Origin: Chloroflexota bacterium
GTDB lineage: Bacteria; Chloroflexota; Dehalococcoidia; DSTF01; RBG-16-68-14
Length of the DNA: 57,081 bases
Reading direction: 5' to 3'
Assembly: GCA_022561355.1 (NCBI GenBank)
Contig: JADFRJ010000001.1
Coordinates: 1-57,081, forward strand
Positions 18,326-25,909 of this stretch are shown here, one piece after another; the stretch's first letter is position 1; each line of letters opens with the position of its first letter. Position numbers and translations under genes: made by a program. The notes under the pieces were generated by a model that was not told the origin of the DNA, did not search any database, and was given only the letters and a program-made list of their open reading frames with translations.

Positions 18326-18462
18326 GGAAGAGATGGAGAAGAAAGAACGCGGCGAGCGATCGCAGGTGGTCGGTTCGCGGACTGTACGGAACGGGGACGA
18401 GCCGCTGGGTTGTTGGATGGGTGACCTGGCCACCATTCACTGGCGCTAGCTGCCCGGATCGA

Positions 18463-18476
18463 AGCGGACGTCCGCT
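18463..18476. promoter_or_regulatory. perfect 14-nt palindrome AGCGGACGTCCGCT, 32 nt upstream of the A3 start
   Basis: Read directly from the sequence. It lies in the 182-nt A2-A3 spacer, next to GGCGCTAGC and CAGCGCTAGAGGAGG segments that resemble Box2. Confidence 0.25.
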
Positions 18477-18507
18477 CGCCGGGAGCCTCAGCGCTAGAGG
18501 AGGCGTG

Positions 18508-18657
18508 ATGGCATCTAGGCAAGAGCGGCCGCAGGCGAACGATCCAGGAGACGTGGCGCTCCCACTGCTCGGCCAGCCTGTCACCCGGAGAGGCTTCCTG
18601 AAGGGCGCTTCCGCGGGAGCGGCCGCCCTCTACCTCACGCAGCTCGGTTGCAGCGGC
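18508..18657 (+). other. Tat (twin-arginine) signal region of A3
   Basis: An n-region of about 25 aa is followed by T-R-R-G-F-L-K and an Ala-rich h-region. Confidence 0.75.
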
Positions 18658-21507
18658 GGCGATGATGGCATTCGCCGTGTGGTCGAGCAAGACCAGACCT
18701 TCGGCGATTGGACCGACGTCTACCGAGAGAAGTGGACCTGGGACAAGGTGACGTGGGGAACGCACCTGATCGATTGCTACCCGGGGAGTTGCCTCTTTCG
18801 AGTCTATACCAAAGACGGCATCGTCTGGCGTGAGGAACAGGCCGGCAAGTACCCGGAGGTGGAGCCGGGCGTGCCGGACATGAACCCTCGCGGGTGCCAG
18901 AAAGGCGCTTGCTTCAGCGATGTGATGTACGGGCCGGAGCGCTTGCGCTACCCGCTGCGCCGCGTCGGCGAGCGAGGCGGCGGCAAGTGGGAGCGCATCA
19001 CCTGGGACGAGGCGCTCACTGACGTGGCGGACGGCATCCTGGACGCCATTGATGAGGTGGGGCCGGAGTCGATCATCTACGAGACGGGCCCTGGCAACGG
19101 CGGCATCGTGAACGGGCCGCTGCCTGGCTGGCGCCTGAGCCGCCTGATCGGCGCGACTGTGCTCGACACGAACGGCCTCGTCGGCGATTTCAACGTTGGC
19201 CTATATGAGACGTTCGGCAAGTTCCACTTCGTCTCGTCGGTAGATGACTGGTTCCACTCCGATCTGATCCTGACGTGGCACATGAACCCGGTCTATACGC
19301 GTATTCCCAGCGCGCACTTCATCTACGAGGCGCGCTACCACGGGGCTCGTGTCGTCAACATCGCGCCGGACTACAACGCCTCCAGCGTCCACGCCGATCT
19401 CTGGGTACCCGTGGAGCCGGGGACGGATGCGGCGCTCGCTCTGGCGCTGTGCAAAATCATCATCGATGAAGGGTGGATGAACCGGGACTTCGTCATAGAG
19501 CAGACGGATCTGCCGCTTCTGGTGCGCCTGGACACGAAGCACTTCTTGCGAGCGCCAGATCTGCCGGACGCCGATGCCGGCGCTCGCGATGACCAGTTCT
19601 ACGTCTGGGACGAAGCTACCGGCGCGCTGGCGCCCGCGCCCCGCGACACGCTGCGGCTGAAGACCACGCCAGCACTCGAAGGGCGCTTCGAGGTAGACCT
19701 GGCCGATGGCACACGGATCGAGGTCGTACCCGCGTTCGTGCTGCTGCGGGAGCGCCTGCAGGAGTACACGCCGGAGTACGCCGCATCGGTCACAGGCACA
19801 AAGCCGTCCGTGATCCGGCGGCTTGCTCGGATGGTAGGCGAGGCGAAGCGCGTGCACATCCTGCAAGGCTTCAACATCAACAAGTACTACCACGGCGACC
19901 TGATGGAACGGGCACAGGCGCTGCTGCTGGCGCTGACGGGCAACTTCGGCCGGAAGGGCACAGGGATGCGGGGCTTCAACACGGGTCAGGTCCAGATTGG
20001 CACCGTAGTGAAGGACCGCGCGGGTATGGAGGGCTTCATTCGGCTGGCGGACCGTGCGCTCGACGTCGAAAAGGAGTTGCTCAAAGAGGACCCGACGCTC
20101 ACGGAGGAGATGCGCGCGATCGGCGTCGAACAGGCGGAGGCGGAACGACGCGTGCTTCTGCCGTACGATTCGGGGCCACTCACGGTGCCCGCCGCCTTCT
20201 ACTGGTACTGGCATGCGGGCTACAAGGACGTCTGGAACCGTTCCGACTGGTCGGATCCCAGCATGAAGCGGCCGCTGGGCGAATACTTGGACGAGGCGGT
20301 CGCAAAAGGCTGGTGGGACGGCGTGGCGCTACCGCCACCCGACAAGCCGCCGCGCGTGCTGCTGGAAGTGGCCGCGTCCACGCTGCGCCGCACACGGGGC
20401 GGCTACAAGGTGCTGCGAGAGAAGCTGTGGCCGCAGTTGAAGCTCATCGTCGTGGTCGATCTGCGGATGAGTTCAACAGCGCTTCAGGCCGACATTGTGC
20501 TGCCTGCGGCGGGTTTCTACGAGAAGACGGACTTCCGCTTCCCGACGACACACGTCAACTTCCTCACGTTCACCGAACAGGCTGTGAAGCCGGTGGGCGA
20601 GGCGAAGCCGGAGTGGGAGCTGTTCTCACTGTTGGCGCGCAAGCTCCAAGAGCGGGCGATCGCTCGCGGGATGGAGTCCGTGGTGGACGGCGAGGGTCGT
20701 GAGTTCCCGCTGAACGAGCTGTGGGACCGCTTTTCGATGCGGGGCGCGCTGCGGGAGCGGGACGTCGACGCGCTGGCTGAGGATATCGTTCGCGACACAG
20801 TGCGCGTGGGCGCGTTGCCGGAGCGCACTACACTGAAGACGTTTCGTAAAGAGGGGATCGTTCGCTTCACGGGCATCGGCCAGACGGCGGAGGGGCTCAA
20901 CCTGGCGACGGACATCAAGCCCGACGAGACGGTTTCGCCTCTGCGCTGGCATGTCGAGAAGAAGCTGCCGTACCCTACGCTTACCAGGCGCATCCAGTTC
21001 TACATCGACCACGACTGGTTTCTGGAGGCGGACGAAGCATTGCCGCGCCACAAGCCGAACCCACAGATGGGGGGCTCGCATCCGCTGAAGATGGTGAGCG
21101 GCCATCTGCGCTGGAGCATTCACTCCACCTGGGTGGCGAACAGGCTGATGCTCCAGACGCACCGGGGTGAGCCGTTCTTGATGATGAGCCCTGACGACGC
21201 CTCGTCCCGAGGCATCGCGGATGGCGAGCACGTTCGCGCGTACAACGATGTTGACGAGTTCTTCGTGAAGGTCAAGCTTGGGCCCGCCGTCCGGCCGGGC
21301 GAGGTGATCATCTATCACGCCTGGGAGCCGTATCAGTACAAGAACTGGAAGCCGTACGACAGCGCTATCCCCGGCATGATCAAATGGCTCCACTTGGCGG
21401 GCGGCTACGGCCATCTGAAGTACTGGCGCAACAACTGGCAGCCGCAGCAGGCCGACCGCGCGATCGCCATTGAGGTGGAAAAGATGGCGCCGGAAGGAGA
21501 CGTGTAG
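18508..21507 (+). CDS. type II DMSO-reductase-family alpha subunit A3 with a twin-arginine signal peptide
   Basis: ATG at 18508 after GAGGAGG. Tat motif TRRGFLKGASAGAAALYL. Then GTHLIDCYPGSCLFRVYTKDGIVWREEQ, NPRGCQKG, GDFNVGLYETFGKF and KWLHLAGGYGHLKYW. Confidence 0.87.
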   Translation: MASRQERPQANDPGDVALPLLGQPVTRRGFLKGASAGAAALYLTQLGCSGGDDGIRRVVEQDQTFGDWTDVYREKWTWDKVTWGTHLIDCYPGSCLFRVYTKDGIVWREEQAGKYPEVEPGVPDMNPRGCQKGACFSDVMYGPERLRYPLRRVGERGGGKWERITWDEALTDVADGILDAIDEVGPESIIYETGPGNGGIVNGPLPGWRLSRLIGATVLDTNGLVGDFNVGLYETFGKFHFVSSVDDWFHSDLILTWHMNPVYTRIPSAHFIYEARYHGARVVNIAPDYNASSVHADLWVPVEPGTDAALALALCKIIIDEGWMNRDFVIEQTDLPLLVRLDTKHFLRAPDLPDADAGARDDQFYVWDEATGALAPAPRDTLRLKTTPALEGRFEVDLADGTRIEVVPAFVLLRERLQEYTPEYAASVTGTKPSVIRRLARMVGEAKRVHILQGFNINKYYHGDLMERAQALLLALTGNFGRKGTGMRGFNTGQVQIGTVVKDRAGMEGFIRLADRALDVEKELLKEDPTLTEEMRAIGVEQAEAERRVLLPYDSGPLTVPAAFYWYWHAGYKDVWNRSDWSDPSMKRPLGEYLDEAVAKGWWDGVALPPPDKPPRVLLEVAASTLRRTRGGYKVLREKLWPQLKLIVVVDLRMSSTALQADIVLPAAGFYEKTDFRFPTTHVNFLTFTEQAVKPVGEAKPEWELFSLLARKLQERAIARGMESVVDGEGREFPLNELWDRFSMRGALRERDVDALAEDIVRDTVRVGALPERTTLKTFRKEGIVRFTGIGQTAEGLNLATDIKPDETVSPLRWHVEKKLPYPTLTRRIQFYIDHDWFLEADEALPRHKPNPQMGGSHPLKMVSGHLRWSIHSTWVANRLMLQTHRGEPFLMMSPDDASSRGIADGEHVRAYNDVDEFFVKVKLGPAVRPGEVIIYHAWEPYQYKNWKPYDSAIPGMIKWLHLAGGYGHLKYWRNNWQPQQADRAIAIEVEKMAPEGDV

Positions 21508-22934
21508 TGGTGTTCCTGGATACGGAACGCGCGTCAACGCACGGCCTGCCGTTACGCTTCGACGAACTGGAACGGACGACGGCGGGAGCGCTCCAAGCTC
21601 GTGATCGCCCACTGAACGCGCTGGGCCACTTCGCGATCTGGGCGAACCTTGGCGCGGGGCTCTACCTGATGATCGTCGGCGCCTGGCTGGTCCCGGCACT
21701 CAGCATCCCGCAGGCGGTCGTTGCGGTCCTCATCGGCGCCGCTCTCGGCTCCGCGTTGGTGGCGATCGCGGTCTGGCTGGGCGCGAGCGAGAACCGGCCG
21801 GGCGTCGTGCTGGCGCGAGGCGCGCTCGGCGAATCGGGCGCGAACCTGTATGGCGTGCTGGCCTCATTCCGGCATCTGGCGTGGGGAGCGCTTCAACTCG
21901 CGATTGCCGCGGAGATCGCGGCGGTCACGACTGCCCGCCTTGGGTTGGGAGGCGGCCGGCCGCTGTGGGCGGCCATATTCGGCGCTCTCGTGTTAGGAAT
22001 GGTGCTCATCGGTCCCGCGACCCTGATCCGGCGCTGGCTGGTGCCAAGTGTTGTGATCACAGCGATCATCGCCGTCGTGTTCACGTATTCAGCGTGGTCT
22101 GACTTCGGCGTGCAGACGATGATCCAGCGCGAGCCGGTCGGTGGTTGGCCAGGCATGACCGGCGCCGTCGACCTCGTCGCGGTGCTCGCGCTGATGTGGC
22201 TGCCCGTGGCGATCGACGTCGGCAGGCTGGGCGCGCCGCGCCGCGCGGGGATCAGCGCATTCCTCGGCCTCGGGACGATGACGGTTTGGTTCGTTCTCAT
22301 TGGCGTCCTGTTTGTGCCGGCCGTGGATGGCCGCGATCTGGCCGGCTTCCTGCTGGCGACGCCAGCAGGCAACCTGGCGCTGCTCTTGATCCTGGTGCTG
22401 GAGCTGGACGGCGCTGCTCTCAGCCTCTACTCGCTGGCGTCGACGGCGCGCGGGTGGATTCCGAAGGCGGACGCGGCCGTGCCAGCGACGATCGGCGGGG
22501 CCGCCGTCTTCGCGTTGGGGGCCGCCGTGCTAGACCCGTTCGACTTCGGGGACGCCTTCCTGCTGTTAGGCGCCGCGTTTGCGCCCTTGCTCGGCGCGCT
22601 CCTCGGCGCGCGGTTGGCGCGGAGAATGGTGGCCCGGGCGCGGCCGCCGCTACTGGGCGGCGCGCTGGCCTGGGCGCTGGGCTTCCTGCTCTACAACTGG
22701 GCGGCGCCGCTGGACGTCCCTGTCTGGACAAACGCGATGTCGACCGTATTCAACGGCCTGCTACGCCTGCCGTTCCCGGCTGGCATTCCGGGCTTGAGCG
22801 CTACCGTCTTGAGCTTCGGCGTCGCCTTCCTGCTTACGGGCGCTGCTGTAGTGCTGCCGCGGTGGAGCGTTGGAGCAGGCGCCAAATCAGGCAAGAACAC
22901 TTCTGTGACTGTGGGGGAGGTGGGTACGAGATGA
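21507..22934 (+). CDS. polytopic permease, purine-cytosine/NCS1 (CodB)-like
   Basis: 475 aa with about 12 hydrophobic segments. The N-terminal part LNALGHFAIWANLGAGLYLMIVG...RGALGESGANLYGVL resembles the cytosine/allantoin permease family. The GTG start overlaps the A3 stop by 1 nt. Confidence 0.55.
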   Translation: MVFLDTERASTHGLPLRFDELERTTAGALQARDRPLNALGHFAIWANLGAGLYLMIVGAWLVPALSIPQAVVAVLIGAALGSALVAIAVWLGASENRPGVVLARGALGESGANLYGVLASFRHLAWGALQLAIAAEIAAVTTARLGLGGGRPLWAAIFGALVLGMVLIGPATLIRRWLVPSVVITAIIAVVFTYSAWSDFGVQTMIQREPVGGWPGMTGAVDLVAVLALMWLPVAIDVGRLGAPRRAGISAFLGLGTMTVWFVLIGVLFVPAVDGRDLAGFLLATPAGNLALLLILVLELDGAALSLYSLASTARGWIPKADAAVPATIGGAAVFALGAAVLDPFDFGDAFLLLGAAFAPLLGALLGARLARRMVARARPPLLGGALAWALGFLLYNWAAPLDVPVWTNAMSTVFNGLLRLPFPAGIPGLSATVLSFGVAFLLTGAAVVLPRWSVGAGAKSGKNTSVTVGEVGTR

Positions 22935-23929
22935 CGCGCGTGAACCTGGTGGCCGTACAGGTGCGAGCCGCCTTGGAAGACTACGAGAACGGCGAGACAT
23001 TTCGACGCCGCATGGAAGGGCTGATGGAGAAAGCCGCGGAGACCGTCGACTTCAGCATGCCGTCGATCGTTTGCTTCCCTGAGACGATCGGCCTGTGGCT
23101 GAGCTTCGTTCCGGACATCTACGATAGGATCGAAGATGCCACGACGATCCAGCAGGCCATCATCCGAGGCATACCTCCGAACCTGGGCCGTTTCATACGA
23201 GCGTGCTGGAAACACAAGACCGTTGGAGTCACGACGATCTTCCTGGAGTTGGCCTTGGAGGCCGAAGCGATCTACCGCGAGACGTTCTCGGATCTCGCAA
23301 AGAGGTATGGCTGCTACTTGCAGGCTGGTACGATCTACATCCCCGAAATCGAAGACGAGCCGGTGAAGGGCCGCCATACGGTCGGCAGAAAGGTCTACAA
23401 CGTCGCGTATCTGTTCAACCCAAAGGGCGTCATCCTCCAACGTGTCCCGAAGCGCAACCTCTCGCCGCCGCTGGAGCACAAGTTTCACTTCGCTGCCGGC
23501 GACCGTCTGGACCTCCATCCGGTGAGCACACCGGTGGGCCGCCTGGGTACGCTCATCTGCTACGATGGCTTCCACGAATCGCTCGTGGAACACTACGACA
23601 GCCTTGACGTTGACATCGTCCTCAACCCCTCGCACAGCGACCGCAACTGGGAGCAGCCTGCCGGATTCAACAAGGCGATCACTGTGGGAGAGGCATGGGA
23701 GCGCCACGGCGTAGGCGCGATGATCCAAGGGAGGCCGAACATTAAATATGCCATTGTGTCGATGATGGCGGGCCGCGTGCTCGACCTGGAAGGTCAGGGC
23801 TGCTCGCACATCGTGCGGAACGCGGGAGAGGCGGGCGCGCCCAGCGAGCGTTGGGTTATGGCTCGGGCCTCGTCCCACACGGCTGAAGAGATCGTTTCCG
23901 CCCAGATCGAGATACCAGATAACTGCTAG
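22931..23929 (+). CDS. carbon-nitrogen hydrolase (nitrilase superfamily) protein
   Basis: ATG at 22931 after GGGGGAGGTGG, with an ATGA overlap on the permease stop. Motifs: FPETIG (Glu), K.YNVAYLF and GTLICYDGFHE (catalytic Cys context). Confidence 0.7.
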   Translation: MTRVNLVAVQVRAALEDYENGETFRRRMEGLMEKAAETVDFSMPSIVCFPETIGLWLSFVPDIYDRIEDATTIQQAIIRGIPPNLGRFIRACWKHKTVGVTTIFLELALEAEAIYRETFSDLAKRYGCYLQAGTIYIPEIEDEPVKGRHTVGRKVYNVAYLFNPKGVILQRVPKRNLSPPLEHKFHFAAGDRLDLHPVSTPVGRLGTLICYDGFHESLVEHYDSLDVDIVLNPSHSDRNWEQPAGFNKAITVGEAWERHGVGAMIQGRPNIKYAIVSMMAGRVLDLEGQGCSHIVRNAGEAGAPSERWVMARASSHTAEEIVSAQIEIPDNC

Positions 23930-23935
23930 GAGATC

Positions 23936-24769
23936 ATGACCGAGCCGATCGAGACCGTGGTCGCCGGGTTTCCGGCTCTCTACGCTCAGGGGGAGAATGG
24001 GCGCCGGCGGTTGCCGATCGTCTTCCAACACGGCCTCTGGGGCACGGACCTGCAACTGGCTCCGTTTCTTCGCTTCTTCTCAGCGGCAGGCTTTGACTGC
24101 TACGCGGCCTGCAGGCGAGGGAGGCGGGGAGTTCCACCTGAACGTGCCGGTGGTGTCCGCTTCGACGACTTTCTTGAAGACGCTCTCAGCGTGCTCGATG
24201 CGATCCATCCAGCACCGATCGTGATCGGTTGGAGCCTGGGCGGTCTTGTCGCCCAGAAGATTGCGGAAGCTGGGCGCTGCTGCGCCGCCGTGCTCCTCGC
24301 GCCCGTGGCTCCCGGCGGCATCCATGTCGCCCCCAGGTTGGGTTCTCTCCCAACATACCTGCGTCATTCGCTCGATATCCTGTTCGGCCTCCCGTTCGAG
24401 CTATCGAAGCGAAACGCGACGAACCTGCTGATGAACCGCGTAGAGGAGAGCGAGCGTCAACGACTTTTTGAATCGCTCGTGCCGGACTCCGGTCGCGTGG
24501 CGAGAGACTTCACGCTCGCAGGTGTCGCCGTCGACGAATCGAAGGTACGTTGTCCTGTGTTATGCATCGTTGGAACCGAGGATAACGCCGCGCCGGCGCG
24601 CTCCGTGCGCCGGGTTGCGAGCAAGTACGGCGCGGAGCTGCGCGAGTATCCCGGCCGCGGCCACTGGCTCCACGAGGAGCCCGGCTTCGAGATGATTGCG
24701 GCGGAAATCGTGAGCTGGCTGGAGCAGCACGTTCTGCAGCCGAGCGCGGCTAACGCCTCGCCGGCCTAG
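23936..24769 (+). CDS. alpha/beta-fold hydrolase
   Basis: Nucleophile elbow GWSLGG. HG oxyanion region VFQHGLWG. C-terminal GHWLHEE (His). AGGAG RBS. Confidence 0.75.
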   Translation: MTEPIETVVAGFPALYAQGENGRRRLPIVFQHGLWGTDLQLAPFLRFFSAAGFDCYAACRRGRRGVPPERAGGVRFDDFLEDALSVLDAIHPAPIVIGWSLGGLVAQKIAEAGRCCAAVLLAPVAPGGIHVAPRLGSLPTYLRHSLDILFGLPFELSKRNATNLLMNRVEESERQRLFESLVPDSGRVARDFTLAGVAVDESKVRCPVLCIVGTEDNAAPARSVRRVASKYGAELREYPGRGHWLHEEPGFEMIAAEIVSWLEQHVLQPSAANASPA

Positions 24770-24824
24770 GCAGCGAGGCGTTAGCAAGAACCGTCTGCGG
24801 ACGCAGGACTTGAGGCGGGACGTC

Positions 24825-25853
24825 CTAGTCCCAGACGATGTTAGCGGGGTCGCGGTTCAGGTGGCCCAGCGCTTCGTTCCAGTGGTACATGATCAGCGCG
24901 TCCATCAGCTCAGAGTCGTCACCGCGGCGTTTCTTCTCCAGTTCCACCTTGATCGTATCGAGCGCGCCGTGGACCTGAGGGCCGAAGAGCGACTCCAGGT
25001 ACTCCGGCGGGATGCGTTGCTCTGACTCGTTCAGCGAGCCGTCTTCGTTGATCGGCGCGGGGCTCAGCGGCGGTATGTAGTAGACGTTCGGCTTGGTCTC
25101 AAACTCGGGGTGCAGCGGGAGCGCCACCTCCCACTTGTTGACGAACTTGGAAACCGCACCAGTCTCATCATCCAGAAACCCGATCCACGCGGCCCGGCCC
25201 GGGCATTGGCGCACACAGGCCGGCGCCACGCCTTGCTCGATGCGCGGGAAGCAGCCAATGCATTGCTGGCTGACGTTGCGCTCTGGGTTAAAGTAGATCT
25301 TTTTGTAGGGGCAGGCGGCGGAGCATAGCTGGGCGCCCTTGCAGAGGTCCTCATCCCGCAGCACCAGGCCTTCATCCGTCTTAAAGAGCGCGTCGTTTGG
25401 ACAGGCCTCCAGGCAGCCCGGTTGCGTGCAGTGGTTGCAGAGGCGGGGAAGGTAGAAGAAGTAGGAGTTGGGGAACTCGCCCGCGCCTTCATCCTCGTCC
25501 CAGTTCATGCCCCAGTTCTTGTGGCCCGCGATCTTCTCCAGGTGGACCGCGCGTCCTTTGCCGCCGCGGAGTACCTCGTCGTAGTTGTAGTCCCAGCCGC
25601 CTCCGAAGTCCTCGGGTGTGGGCAGTTTGCCGGGCGTTTGCTTCCCATCCTTATAGCCGCCGCCCATCTCCTCCCAAGCCTTGGGCGTCCCGAGGCCGGG
25701 CTTGGTGTTGACTGTCATCCACCACATCGGTTCCTCGCCCTTTTCCTGGGTCCAGAGGACCTTACAGGCGACCGAGCAGGTCTGGCAGCCGATGCATTTG
25801 TTGAGGTCGAAGACCCACGCAAGCTGTCGTTTGGACTGTGTGATAGTACCCAT
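24825..25853 (-). CDS. four-cluster Fe-S beta subunit B4 (NarH/EbdB-like)
   Basis: Cys clusters CIGCQTCSVACK, CNHCTQPGCLEACP, CKGAQLCSAACP and CIGCFPRIEQGVAPACVRQCP. 342 aa. Collinear with B1. Confidence 0.9.
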   Translation of the reverse strand: MGTITQSKRQLAWVFDLNKCIGCQTCSVACKVLWTQEKGEEPMWWMTVNTKPGLGTPKAWEEMGGGYKDGKQTPGKLPTPEDFGGGWDYNYDEVLRGGKGRAVHLEKIAGHKNWGMNWDEDEGAGEFPNSYFFYLPRLCNHCTQPGCLEACPNDALFKTDEGLVLRDEDLCKGAQLCSAACPYKKIYFNPERNVSQQCIGCFPRIEQGVAPACVRQCPGRAAWIGFLDDETGAVSKFVNKWEVALPLHPEFETKPNVYYIPPLSPAPINEDGSLNESEQRIPPEYLESLFGPQVHGALDTIKVELEKKRRGDDSELMDALIMYHWNEALGHLNRDPANIVWD

Positions 25854-25909
25854 CTAACTAACCTCGATCCCATCTGCTTTGGATAGGCGGAGCGATGCTG
25901 CTGTGCAGC

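Noticed and set aside
18333-18449. 38-codon ORF (MEKKERGERSQVV...) in the A2-A3 spacer as a possible leader peptide
   Set aside because: The only evidence is an ATG close to an AGGAAG. There is no recognisable feature and no second copy elsewhere, and it could be chance. I did not annotate it.
18634-18651. Possible lipobox (LTQLGC) after the A3 Tat signal, which would make A3 a Tat-exported lipoprotein
   Set aside because: Position -3 is Gln rather than Leu/Val/Ile, so the sequence does not fit the canonical L-(A/S/T)-(G/A)-C lipobox. I kept it only as a remote possibility to test with LipoP/PRED-LIPO.
24770-24824. Bidirectional intrinsic terminator between the convergent alpha/beta-hydrolase and B4 genes (CTGCGGACGCAG, GGGACGTCC)
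   Set aside because: The stems are 5-6 bp with loops of 0-2 nt and there are no flanking T/A tracts. This is not convincing as a rho-independent terminator. More generally, I found no clear canonical terminator in the window.
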